A DNA stretch of 64,000 nt from an uncultured Candidatus Saccharibacteria bacterium (lineage in GTDB: Bacteria > Patescibacteriota > Minisyncoccia > Phycocordibacterales > UBA9973), in the NCBI GenBank assembly GCA_964554645.1, contig CAZKPK010000003.1, positions 4,256-68,255 of the forward strand. The letters are read 5' to 3'. The notes below the pieces were generated by a model. That model was not told the DNA's origin, did not search any database, and saw only the letters and a list, made by a program, of their open reading frames with translations. Both the position numbers and the translations under genes were made by a program. This document shows positions 9,243 to 18,655 of this stretch, in pieces (within the stretch, counting starts at the first letter, position 1; every line of letters starts with the position of its first letter).

Positions 9243-9290
9243 TCCGAAAACGACTTCATCGTCGCCGCCAAAATAGATGCGCATAAATAA
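9243..9290 (+). pseudogene. Duplicated 3' end of phhB (SENDFIVAAKIDAHK*)
   Basis: 29-bp exact match 9246-9274 vs 8439-8467; flanking differences mostly synonymous. Confidence 0.9.
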
Positions 9291-9337
9291 AAACTTATAA
9301 CTCCACAATAGCAGAAACTTAAGTAAAAACACAAATT

Positions 9338-9367
9338 CCATAATAGCAACGGTCGTTGCTATTATGG
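9338..9367. repeat. AACGGCCGTT-core palindrome family, copy 1
   Basis: CCATAATAGCAACGGTCGTTGCTATTATGG. Confidence 0.85.
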
Positions 9368-9456
9368 TAACAAGATTAAAAGTAAAAAATACAAAAGGGC
9401 GGGTCGTTTTCTTAAACGAGCACCGCCCAAGTTGTGCGTTTGGCAAGAACGCGATG

Positions 9457-9603
9457 TTAGGCCTTCTTTCTTTCCCCACAATGGACGCAGTAGAAGCCGG
9501 GGACACATCCCCAGTCACCCCTGGGCCACCTGATGCGATCTTCCTTGGTTTCTTTCCATATGTGTTTTCCCGTTGGGGATTTTTTACATTCAGGCTTTTT
9601 CAT
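9457..9603 (-). CDS. Small putative zinc-ribbon protein (48 aa)
   Basis: MKKPECKKSPTGKHIW...CVHCGERK; overlaps upstream stop; terminator-like hairpin at 9393-9428. Confidence 0.6.
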   Translation of the reverse strand: MKKPECKKSPTGKHIWKETKEDRIRWPRGDWGCVPGFYCVHCGERKKA

Positions 9604-9952
9604 TTTTTTCTTTCCCAATCGTTGTCCATTTTTCTGGTTCATGAATCATTGACCAAGCCCATTGGGCAGCTTGGTATGGGAAGGTTGCTATGCCACTCAT
9701 GAGATTAAAGGTGTAATCTCCTTGGCCAGGCTCGTTTGGGTTCATCATAAAAAAGCGCTTGCCTAGTTTTTGAATTTCAACAATACGCTCCTGTTGTGAA
9801 TCCCCCTTAACCATTATAACCACATCAGCATCCTCCGGTTTATCCACTTCTTTAATATCTCTTGAACGCAAGTTACTCACGAGCGTTTTAGATTTTGCGC
9901 GATCCAAAAGATTTTTACCGGAGACAAAAACATTGCCTTGATGTTTTTTCAT
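9590..9952 (-). CDS. Hypothetical protein (first gene after the His attenuator)
   Basis: Likely start MKKHQGNVFVSG at 9952; the longer ORF start lies in a REP-like repeat. Confidence 0.6.
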   Translation of the reverse strand: MKKHQGNVFVSGKNLLDRAKSKTLVSNLRSRDIKEVDKPEDADVVIMVKGDSQQERIVEIQKLGKRFFMMNPNEPGQGDYTFNLMSGIATFPYQAAQWAWSMIHEPEKWTTIGKEKNEKA

Positions 9953-10051
9953 ATTTTGTTTTCGAACAACTATCATACTCTTATGGCGAGTAGCCATGCG
10001 TTTGTAACGGGACAACGGTCGCCTTCGCGTAAAGCTTCGGCAGACCAACGC

Positions 10052-10172
10052 AAAACCCCTTCCTAAAAACTTAGGAAGGGGCTACATTACTTTCAGTATT
10101 TACCGCCTACGCTCAAGGCTTTGGCGTGTCAAAGAAATACAACCCTTTCCTAAGTTTGGAAGGGGTGTGATG
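10052..10172 (-). promoter_or_regulatory. His attenuator overlapping the 3' end of the hisR-like gene
   Basis: CAT CAC codons (10167-10172), then hairpin ACCCCTTCC/GGAAAGGGT (10142-10166); terminator CCCCTTCCTAA/TTAGGAAGGGG + TTTT (10052-10081); segments 2 and 3 pair at 12/13 positions. Confidence 0.75.
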
Positions 10173-10517
10173 GTTAAGACGATTCAAAATTAAACGGTAT
10201 CCGCCGAGAGATCCGCCTAGCCACTTGGCAATGCGGGCAATCGTGGAAGAGGACAGGCCGGTTCTTTCGCTGATGGCATTGTATTGCATATCTTGGGAAA
10301 GGAGGCGAGCGGCCTCCAAACGGTTTCCAAATTCTTTGATTTCGATCGGGGTCAAGAGGTCGCGCAGAAAGCGTTTTGCCTCATTTTCGTTTTTAAGCGC
10401 CAAAATTCCAGCCACCAGCTGCTTATTCTCTCGGGTTAACCAATCCGTGTCAGGCCCTATTTCTTTGATTAATCGGACTGTTTTTACTCTAGTATTATCA
10501 TTCATTCCTTTACTCAT
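10113..10517 (-). CDS. YerC/YecD (HisR-type) TrpR-family repressor
   Basis: FLRDLLTPIEIKEFGNRLEAARLL...YNAISERTGLSSSTIARI; adjacent TACTTTAG-N4-CTAAAGTA operators. Confidence 0.88.
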   Translation of the reverse strand: MSKGMNDNTRVKTVRLIKEIGPDTDWLTRENKQLVAGILALKNENEAKRFLRDLLTPIEIKEFGNRLEAARLLSQDMQYNAISERTGLSSSTIARIAKWLGGSLGGYRLILNRLNHHTPSKLRKGLYFFDTPKP

Positions 10518-10560
10518 ACATCTACTTTAGCAAACTAAAGTACTTTAGTCAAGTAAAGTA
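10518..10560 (-). promoter_or_regulatory. Leaderless promoter with tandem HisR-type operators
   Basis: TTGACT-17 bp-TAAAGT-6 nt-ATG; operators TACTTTAGCAAACTAAAGTA (10523-10542) and TACTTTAGTCAAGTAAAGTA (10541-10560). Confidence 0.85.
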
Positions 10561-10569
10561 AACAAGGAG

Positions 10570-10578
10570 TGTGGATAA
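10570..10578 (-). promoter_or_regulatory. DnaA box
   Basis: TGTGGATAA = reverse complement of TTATCCACA. Confidence 0.55.
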
Positions 10579-10649
10579 CTCTATTTTATAAATCAAAAGT
10601 CTGGTATAGTAGAAGGAGTCGAAGATTTTACTGAAAAATACTCAATTAT

Positions 10650-11267
10650 ATGAAATACAACAAGCTCGCAACCAAAGAAGTTACTCAAAAAGTGATTGTT
10701 GCTCTTGCAACGAGAAATATTGAAGCAATTATAGTAGAAACTGGCGCTGAAGCGCTTGCAAAAATGAAGAAACTAATTCCCAAAGGCGCATCAGTTATGA
10801 ACGGAGCTTCGGTGACGCTCGAGCAGATCGGTTTTGTGGATTATCTTCAAGGTGATGATCATGGATGGAATAATTTGCATAAAGCGATAATTGCGGAAAA
10901 AGATCCTGTCAAGCAGTCGTTGCTTCGCAAACAAGCCGTACTTTCCGATTATTATTTAGGCAGTGTGCATGCTCTTGCCGCGACAGGTGAGTTTGTCATT
11001 GCATCGAACACCGGTAGCCAATTGCCACATATAGTTTTTACTTCTTCCAATCTTATTTTTGTAGTCAGCACAAAGAAAATTGTTCCGACTTTACCTGACG
11101 CTATGAAACGTCTGATGGAATATGTCGTGCCACTCGAAGATAAACATATGAAAGAAAAATATGGTGTCGGTACAGCAGTCAATAAAATTGTTACATTCAA
11201 CGGTGAAGGGAAGTTTTTAAAGAGAAAAGTGAGAATGATACTAGTAAACGAGGATCTTGGGTTTTAA
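10650..11267 (+). CDS. LUD-domain (LutC-like) protein
   Basis: GASVTLEQIG, SDYYLGSVHAL...GEFVIASNTGSQL, VVSTKKIVP. Confidence 0.85.
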   Translation: MKYNKLATKEVTQKVIVALATRNIEAIIVETGAEALAKMKKLIPKGASVMNGASVTLEQIGFVDYLQGDDHGWNNLHKAIIAEKDPVKQSLLRKQAVLSDYYLGSVHALAATGEFVIASNTGSQLPHIVFTSSNLIFVVSTKKIVPTLPDAMKRLMEYVVPLEDKHMKEKYGVGTAVNKIVTFNGEGKFLKRKVRMILVNEDLGF

Positions 11268-13750
11268 TTTAGAAATTTCCTTATTTCCTCAACATCTCTT
11301 TTAAGCCAAGCGACATTACTTTCGAGACGCTCTAGAACTTGCTCAATGGCGCGCTTGGCTCCCGGAGCTTCGTGGGTAGCGAAGAATTTCTGGAAAGATT
11401 TTAAATGATGCTTTTCCGCGCTGCCGGAGATAACTTTAACCAAGCGCGCAAGCGTATGTCCACCGTCGCCATAACGCGAGATAAGTGTTTTCCAATTCTT
11501 TTGGATAAAATTAAGCCAAATATCTCTACCTAAAGGATTTCCGGCGACTGACGAGATGATACTGATGGTGTCCTGCACTCGCACCTCTTTACTAAATGCA
11601 AATTCACAGACTTGTTTTAATATTTTTTTATCACGAAAATCTCCCAAAGCTACTCCAACTCTATTTTTTTCTTCGTGGAGAGTTTCTTTTTTATATTGTT
11701 TGATAAATATATCGTATTCTTTCTTTCCGCCCCATTTCGCAATGATGGAATATATAGCTCCGCGAAGATCCGGATTAATGTGTTTGTCTTTTTGCGTTTT
11801 TGAGAATTTTTCTCTTGCTTTGGCTATTATTTTTTTATCGCCCGAACGTCCAGCGCGGGAGATGGCGAGCGAGCGGAGGAGAGTATCGGTATGCAGCTCA
11901 TTTTTTTTCTTCTGCCAGCCGAGTTTTTTAGCAAGAGGGGAGAAGAGTTCAAGAATCAGTCCATCTAATTTTGGTTTTATTTTTTCTTTTGCCAACAACT
12001 GCTCTAATCTTCCGAGCCCCATTGCGAGCTCCAGCCAAACGCTGTAGTTTTCCTCGTTTTTATACGCAGACAAGAATTCTAGCGCGTCTGTGGTCGGGAT
12101 GGTGCCGGCTTCAGAAAGAGCAAAGAGGTCCCGGATGATGCCGAGCCTGTCGCGAGCGGAAATTATTTTTTTCTCCACTGGCATTTTTAATTTTTCTAAA
12201 AGTTCTCTGGAATACGCCGTCCTGTAAAATCCAGCTTCGCCTATATTTACTTTAATATATTTATCATTAATTAAAGAGATAGGCACTTGCCAGATAGTTT
12301 TATCTTTAGCCTTGGCTTTTGAAATAGGACTCGAGAAAAATCTTTCTTGCGATAAGGATAAATCTTTGTTTATAAGGTTGGCTTTTACGACGGGGTAGCC
12401 GGGTTTTGAAGTCCAATTATGCATTATTTTAGCAATCGGTTTTTTAGAAATTTTCTCAAATGCTTGCCAAAGATGGATAGTCTCGGTATTTTTATAGCTG
12501 TGCTTTTTTAAATAATATCGCAGTCCGTCTCTAAAATCCTTCTCGCCTAAGTAATCAGCCAACATGCGAATAATCGATGCGCCTTTTGAATATGATACTT
12601 CGTCGAATATTTCGCCGATTTCATCAGGATGATGCACGGGTATTTCAATAGGATGAGTATGAAAGAGGGCATCCAGTCGCAGCGCGACGCTCAAATCATT
12701 TGTTGAAAATTGCGTCCAAATATCCCATTTAGGAAAAAGTTTATCTACCGCCAGATATTCTATATAGGAAGCAAAACCCTCATTTAACCATAAATGCGTC
12801 CACCATTCCATCGTTACTAAATTACCAAACCATTGATGCGCTATCTCGTGCGCGATAACCAGTGCGACCCATTGTTTATTTGAAAGTGAGGAGTGATTTT
12901 CATCAACTAAAAGCGCGCTCTCGCGATAGGTAATTGCGCCCCAATTTTCCATCGCCCCGGAAGCAAAGTCCGGAATAGCGATCATATCCAGCACCGGCAG
13001 AGGATAAGCAATATCAAAATATTTTTCGTAAAATTCTAGAATTTTCACTGCGCAATTTAGTGCAAACTTTGCCTGGTGTTTTTTTCCGGGAGTGGTGAAG
13101 ATCCGCACCAGCACGTTATTTTTTGTTTTTGATTCCAAATATTCAAAATCGCCGACAATAAATGCGAGGAGATAAGTCGACATTTTTGGCGTGGGCGAGA
13201 ATTTTACGATTTGATATCCTGTTTCGTGTTCAGCTATGGAAATCGGCAAGGTGTTTGAAATGGCGGTTTTACCTTTTGGCACAATGAGCGAAACATTGAA
13301 TACGGCTTTTTGCGCCGGCTCGTCGAAACAAGGGAAGGCCCGCCGCGCGTCTGTGGCTTCGAATTGGGTCGTTGCCAGATGATATTCTTTTCTCTCGACA
13401 GTATATTTGCTTCTATAAAATCCCCGCATCTTGTCATTAAGTGTTCCCTTGAAAGCAATAGTTAATTTAGTTTCTTCCGCGAAAATAAATTTTGAAAATA
13501 AAAGACTGGCTGTTTCTGTTTTCTGATTGTAGGAAATTTTTTCAGCAAATAATTTTTCTTCCTCGAACAATATATGCGCAGTTTTTATTTCAAGCTCTTT
13601 GGAGTGGAGAGTCAGCACTTTCGTTCGCTCTAAAACAGAAAGGGTCAATGTTTCCGTGCCTTCAAAGGTAAAATCTTTCAGATTTGGTTTTATCTGTATA
13701 TTGTATTCTTTCGGAACGACATTTTTAGACAGTCTAATACCTTTTTTCAT
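11264..13750 (-). CDS. pepN: M1 family alanyl aminopeptidase (ERAP1-like C-terminus)
   Basis: TQFEATDARRAFPCFDEP, GAMENWG, HEIAH-x18-E. Confidence 0.96.
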   Translation of the reverse strand: MKKGIRLSKNVVPKEYNIQIKPNLKDFTFEGTETLTLSVLERTKVLTLHSKELEIKTAHILFEEEKLFAEKISYNQKTETASLLFSKFIFAEETKLTIAFKGTLNDKMRGFYRSKYTVERKEYHLATTQFEATDARRAFPCFDEPAQKAVFNVSLIVPKGKTAISNTLPISIAEHETGYQIVKFSPTPKMSTYLLAFIVGDFEYLESKTKNNVLVRIFTTPGKKHQAKFALNCAVKILEFYEKYFDIAYPLPVLDMIAIPDFASGAMENWGAITYRESALLVDENHSSLSNKQWVALVIAHEIAHQWFGNLVTMEWWTHLWLNEGFASYIEYLAVDKLFPKWDIWTQFSTNDLSVALRLDALFHTHPIEIPVHHPDEIGEIFDEVSYSKGASIIRMLADYLGEKDFRDGLRYYLKKHSYKNTETIHLWQAFEKISKKPIAKIMHNWTSKPGYPVVKANLINKDLSLSQERFFSSPISKAKAKDKTIWQVPISLINDKYIKVNIGEAGFYRTAYSRELLEKLKMPVEKKIISARDRLGIIRDLFALSEAGTIPTTDALEFLSAYKNEENYSVWLELAMGLGRLEQLLAKEKIKPKLDGLILELFSPLAKKLGWQKKKNELHTDTLLRSLAISRAGRSGDKKIIAKAREKFSKTQKDKHINPDLRGAIYSIIAKWGGKKEYDIFIKQYKKETLHEEKNRVGVALGDFRDKKILKQVCEFAFSKEVRVQDTISIISSVAGNPLGRDIWLNFIQKNWKTLISRYGDGGHTLARLVKVISGSAEKHHLKSFQKFFATHEAPGAKRAIEQVLERLESNVAWLKRDVEEIRKFLN

Positions 13751-13772
13751 AAAGAAATGTTAGCATATAAAG

Positions 13773-14501
13773 GTGGAAAGAGATACTTACCAAATAAAAA
13801 TGTCCGGTTTTGAGGGTCCTTTTGGGCTGCTTTTGGATCTGATAGAAAAACGCAAGTTTTTTATCAATGATGTATCGCTTGCGGCCGTGACCGAAGACTA
13901 TCTAAACTATATGAATAAATTAGGCGGTCTGCATCCTTCGGAAATTGCCAGCTTTATCATTGTGGCGTCAACTCTTATTTTAATTAAATCAAAATCTCTT
14001 CTGCCGAATTTAAATCTTACAATGAAGGAAGAGGGTGATATAAAAAATTTAGAGGAACGCTTGCGTTTGTATGAACTTTTTACAAAACTTGGAATTAATA
14101 TAAAAAATAATTTTGGCAGAAAAATAATTTTTGCGCCACTAGAAAGAAAAAAAGAAATTTTGGTTTTTTTGCCGGATAAGGAGATCACGAAGGAGAATAT
14201 GATGGGTTTTGCAAAGAACATTCTTGGATCAATGCCCAAAAAAGCTTTTTTGCCCGAAGTGGAAGTGCAGAAAGTTATCAGTATCGAAGAAATGATAGAG
14301 AAGTTAACACAAAGAATCCAAAGTTCAATTAAAACAAGTTTTCAAGCTTGGCATGGTAAAATAGTTACTCGGGAAGAAAAAGTAATCGCGATAGTCGGCT
14401 TTTTGGCGTTACTGGAGTTGGTTAGACAAGGAATTCTGGACGCGGTGCAAGAGATTAATCATGGAGATATTATTTTTGAGAAACAAGAATTAATGAAATG
14501 A
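13773..14501 (+). CDS. scpA: Segregation and condensation protein A
   Basis: FEGPFGLLLDLI, LIKSKSLLP, FLALLELVRQG. Confidence 0.93.
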   Translation: MERDTYQIKMSGFEGPFGLLLDLIEKRKFFINDVSLAAVTEDYLNYMNKLGGLHPSEIASFIIVASTLILIKSKSLLPNLNLTMKEEGDIKNLEERLRLYELFTKLGINIKNNFGRKIIFAPLERKKEILVFLPDKEITKENMMGFAKNILGSMPKKAFLPEVEVQKVISIEEMIEKLTQRIQSSIKTSFQAWHGKIVTREEKVIAIVGFLALLELVRQGILDAVQEINHGDIIFEKQELMK

Positions 14502-15070
14502 ATTTAGAATCAAAAATAGAAGCGATATTATTTTGGAAAGGAGAACCGGTTTCCTCAAAACGATTACAGGATATTTTGAAAGTTTCCAAAGAAGAAATTT
14601 TAAATGCTATTTCAAAACTGAAAGAAAATTTGGCAAATAGGGGAGTAGCGCTGGTAGAAAAAGACGGCGAATTTACGTTGGGCACTGCGCCGGAATTGAC
14701 CCAAATTATTGAAAATCTACAGAAAGAAGAATTAAACAAAGAACTTTCCAAGGCGAGTTTAGAAACATTATCTATTGTGCTTTATAAATCTGGAGTGAGC
14801 CGGGCGGAAATAGATTATATCCGGGGAGTGAATTCCAGTTTTACTTTACGCGCGTTGTCTGTCCGCGGACTTATAGAAAGGACAGAAGATCCTAAAGACC
14901 ATAGACGCTTTATATATAAACCCAATTTTGAGCTAATGTCTTATATGGGAATAAAATCTATAGAGGAATTACCGGATTATATGGAAGTGAAAAATTCGAT
15001 GGATATTGTAGCTAAAAATTTGGAAAATTTTTCTGACCAAGAAGCGGGAGAGAGTCAAAATGAAAACTGA
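14498..15070 (+). CDS. scpB: Segregation and condensation protein B
   Basis: IEAILFWKGEP, LSKASLETLSIV.Y, EIDYIRGVNS. Confidence 0.95.
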   Translation: MNLESKIEAILFWKGEPVSSKRLQDILKVSKEEILNAISKLKENLANRGVALVEKDGEFTLGTAPELTQIIENLQKEELNKELSKASLETLSIVLYKSGVSRAEIDYIRGVNSSFTLRALSVRGLIERTEDPKDHRRFIYKPNFELMSYMGIKSIEELPDYMEVKNSMDIVAKNLENFSDQEAGESQNEN

Positions 15071-15080
15071 TTGAGATAAC

Positions 15081-15107
15081 ACAATAGCAACGGCCGTTCC
15101 TATTATA
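15081..15107. repeat. AACGGCCGTT-core palindrome family, copy 2
   Basis: ACAATAGCAACGGCCGTTCCTATTATA, directly before ATG 15110. Confidence 0.8.
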
Positions 15108-15109
15108 CT

Positions 15110-16676
15110 ATGATGCAAAGTGAAACCAAAATACGCTCTGGATTCCGGAATAATTATTTATTGCAACAAATGTTGGTGGAGCGACAAATGGGATGCAAAA
15201 AATTATGGAATGGATTATGATTTTTCCAGACCATTTTTTGTCCAATTCAGAGAACTCATAGGCAAAGTCCCGCATATTTCTGTGGTCAATGACGATGGCA
15301 TCGCGAGCGTAAACTGCGAATATACCCACGACTGGTGGTTTTCTAAGAATTGTTATATGAGTTTTTCCGGCTGGTATGTGGAAAATGTAATGTATAGCTT
15401 CTTTATGTTAGCTGGCCGAGACATGATGGACTGCATGAATATCAGATCAAAAAACGAATGGCTATATGAGTGCATGATTGCCAGAAGTTGCTATCAATTA
15501 AAATATTCTCAATTCTGCTGGGCTTGCATTGATTCACAATTTTTATTTGACTGTAGAAACTGTTCTAACTGCTTTATGTGTGCCGGTCTCAGGGGGAAAA
15601 AATATTATTTTAAAAACAAAGAATATTCAAAAGAAGAATATCAAAAGATTTTAGAAAGTTATCAACTTAACACATTTTCCGGAGTGGAAAAAGCGCAAAA
15701 AGAATATGATGAATTTATTTTGAAATACCCTCGAATGCACTTGCATTCCATTCAGAACGTTAATTGCATTGGTGATGTTGTCTCACTTTCTAAAAATGTG
15801 AAATATTGCTTTGTAGCCAGAGAATGTGAAAATTGTAGGTATTGCGATTTTTTTTCAAATGATAAAGAATGTTATGACCTAGTAATGACTGGCGAGACCT
15901 CAGAAAGTTATGAAGGAGTCGTAGTTGATCAATCTCAACTTAATCTTTTCGGAATTTTTTCCGTTAAAAGCCAAGATATAAAATATATGCAACATTGCCA
16001 TAATTGTAAGCATTGTTTTGGTTGTGTCGGGCTTCGCGATTCAAATTACTGCATTTTTAATAAGCAATATACTAAAGAAGAATATGAAAAATTGGCACCG
16101 AAAATTATAGAGCAGATGAATAACATGCCTTTTATAGACAAAATTGGAAATAAATATAAATATGGAGAATTTTATCCGATAGAACTTTAACCTTTTGGCT
16201 ACAATGAAACTTTAGCCATGGAAGATATAGTTTTATCAAAAGAAGGGGCTCTTAAAAGGGGATTCAACTGGCAGAACAATGTCCAACAAACTACTGGCAA
16301 AGAAACACTGAAAGCAGAAAATATTCCTGACAGCATAAATGAGATAGGGGATTCAATATTAAATGAAGTGTTTGCCTGCGTTGATTGTAAAAGAAATTAT
16401 AAAATTATTCCGAATGAACTTATTTTTTACAGAAAAATGAAAATTCCTATCCCACGGAGATGTTTCTATTGTCGGCATGCGAATAGATTAAAGAAAAGAA
16501 ATCCCTTTAAACTTTGGCATAGGACTTGTATGTGTGGTTCGACGGGTTCACCACAGGCGACAACGGATCATTCCCATGGAGAAAATAGATGCGAAGTGGA
16601 ATTTGAAACTTCCTATGCTCCAGACCGTCCGGAAATAGTGTATTGTGAAAAATGTTATCAGCAAGAAATATATTAG
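15110..16676 (+). pseudogene. Cys-rich CPR-family protein, paralog of 48403-50139, disrupted
   Basis: Original start MMQSETK (15110) is out of frame with the body (N-terminal deletion); in-frame TAA at 16188-16190 where the paralog has Ser (ELSPFAYNET); shared C-terminus PDRPEIVYCE.CYQQEIY. Confidence 0.85.
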
Positions 16677-16719
16677 TTACCCATTTAGCAATAAGAAGCG
16701 GTCGCGTACTAATGCTGAG

Positions 16720-17532
16720 CTAAAGACAACTTGGATTAATACTAAGCACGTAGTCATTAATTAAGTCAAAAGAGAAAACATATTCATCTCCCAAGAAACC
16801 TTTGATATCTTCATTTTTGATTAAATTTTTATATTCCTGCATAAAAGTTTGCGAGAGGGGAAGATAAGACCAGTGCCATTTTTCTTCATTGTAGCCAGTT
16901 GGCCTAGCGCTGCCTTTCAGATCATATGTTTGGCAAAATCCAAATTGATAAGCATTTTTTGTAAGCCATTCATATTCTTTTTTTCCTTTCTGCGAATTAA
17001 AATACTGGGGGTTTGCATCATTTATATCTATATCCGTACCCCAGTGATGGCGCGACATGCCGGGAACAGCGCTGTATTCCAATATTTTTTCAAATCTTTC
17101 TTGCCCAGCAGGTGTGCTTTTTGACAAATCTTTCCCATCAATAATAGTAACTCCAGTCCATTTTTTTTCCCAGAGATCTTTCTGATAATCAAAATTTCTG
17201 GTGGCGGAGGCTATTCTCAGATTAATAGAATCCTTATTGGCGGCATTGCGCATTTGTAAGTATGCTCCATACGTTTCTTTTCTTAAATAAATTTTATTTG
17301 GAACAAGCGTATATTCAGGCGAGACTAAAATAAAATTTTCTCTTTGCGCCGGATCAAACTGGCCGGTCAAATAAATTTTTCGCTCCGCCTTTCTTTCATT
17401 TTCTTTTCTTATCATTTCTTCTTCTTTTTGCCTCAAATCCAGAAAGTCTGTCGTGAAGTAAGGCATAAACGTGATAAACACCAGCGAAAACACCAAGAGA
17501 GCCAGTGTAAGTTTTGAAATATTTTTTTCCAC
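16720..17532 (-). CDS. D-alanyl-D-alanine carboxypeptidase (M15B/VanY)
   Basis: ASATR...Q, SAVPGMSRHHWGTDID, EEKWHWSY; N-terminal TM. Confidence 0.9.
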   Translation of the reverse strand: MEKNISKLTLALLVFSLVFITFMPYFTTDFLDLRQKEEEMIRKENERKAERKIYLTGQFDPAQRENFILVSPEYTLVPNKIYLRKETYGAYLQMRNAANKDSINLRIASATRNFDYQKDLWEKKWTGVTIIDGKDLSKSTPAGQERFEKILEYSAVPGMSRHHWGTDIDINDANPQYFNSQKGKKEYEWLTKNAYQFGFCQTYDLKGSARPTGYNEEKWHWSYLPLSQTFMQEYKNLIKNEDIKGFLGDEYVFSFDLINDYVLSINPSCL

Positions 17533-17586
17533 CCAAAAACAATATCATATTAGTGTATTTTTATCAAAAAATGCTATACTCTTCCT

Positions 17587-18642
17587 ATGTATTTAGATTT
17601 AATTAAAATCTTTGTGCCAACGACACTTGCTTTCTTTTTAGGCATTTTTCTGACGCCAGTTGCAACGCATTTTTTTTACAAATACAAAATGTGGAAAAAA
17701 TATTCTCGAAGCGCGATTACAACCGCTTCGGATTTTTCAAAAATCCATAACGAAAAAGAAGAATTAAGGACTCCGCGCGTCGGCGGGGTAATAATCTGGC
17801 TTTCCGTTCTTACAACTGTGCTTATTTTTTATTCGGCGTCAATTTTATTTCCTTTCGGGAATATTTTTGAAATGAATTTTTTAAGTCGGAACCAAACTCT
17901 AATACCTATTTTTACGCTTTTAATTGGTTCGTTGATTGGATTTTGGGATGATTTGATTCAAATTTACGGAACAGGCAAATTTTCCCGCGATGACAAGTCT
18001 TGGCGTAAATGGAAAGTTTCTCTCGTCACATTTATATCACTCATTATCGGCATTTGGTTTTTTTATAAACTGGGCATGGTATCGTTTCATGTTCCGTTTG
18101 TCGGAGAAATATATTTAGGCATTTTAATTATCCCATTTTTTATAATAGTCGCGCTGGCAACTTTTTCTGGGGGAGTAATTGACGGGATAGACGGTCTTTC
18201 TGGAGGAGTTTTGGCTTCCATTTTTGCGGCGTATTCGGCGATAGCTTATGCTAATAATCAAATAGATTTGGCGGCGTTTTCCGGAGTCATAACCGGAGCC
18301 ATTTTGGCATTTCTCTGGTTCAATATTCCGCCAGCAAGATTTTATATGGGCGAAACAGGCATTATGGGTCTTACAATTACTTTAGCGACCCTAGTATTTC
18401 TAACCGATTCGGTTTTGATTCTTCCGATTGTAGCCTTGCCCCTTGTTGTTACGTCTCTTTCCGTTATTTTGCAAATGTTTTCAAAAAAGTTCAGAGATGG
18501 CAAAAGATTATTCAGACTGGCTCCGCTTCATCATCATCTCGAAGCGATTGGCTGGTCGTCTTATAAAGTGACTATGCGTTTTTGGATTTTTTCGGTCGTC
18601 TTTGCCATTATCGGCCTAATTTTAGCGATTATCAGCCGTTAA
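17587..18642 (+). CDS. mraY: Phospho-N-acetylmuramoyl-pentapeptide transferase
   Basis: TPRVGG, GFWDD, DGIDGL, FYMGETG, APLHHHLE. Confidence 0.95.
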   Translation: MYLDLIKIFVPTTLAFFLGIFLTPVATHFFYKYKMWKKYSRSAITTASDFSKIHNEKEELRTPRVGGVIIWLSVLTTVLIFYSASILFPFGNIFEMNFLSRNQTLIPIFTLLIGSLIGFWDDLIQIYGTGKFSRDDKSWRKWKVSLVTFISLIIGIWFFYKLGMVSFHVPFVGEIYLGILIIPFFIIVALATFSGGVIDGIDGLSGGVLASIFAAYSAIAYANNQIDLAAFSGVITGAILAFLWFNIPPARFYMGETGIMGLTITLATLVFLTDSVLILPIVALPLVVTSLSVILQMFSKKFRDGKRLFRLAPLHHHLEAIGWSSYKVTMRFWIFSVVFAIIGLILAIISR

Positions 18643-18655
18643 ATTTTAGAGAATC

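Noticed and set aside
16188-16190. Stop-codon readthrough or recoding in the Cys-rich gene
   Set aside because: TAA is used as a normal stop throughout, and the gene also has an N-terminal frameshifting deletion, so pseudogenisation is simpler.
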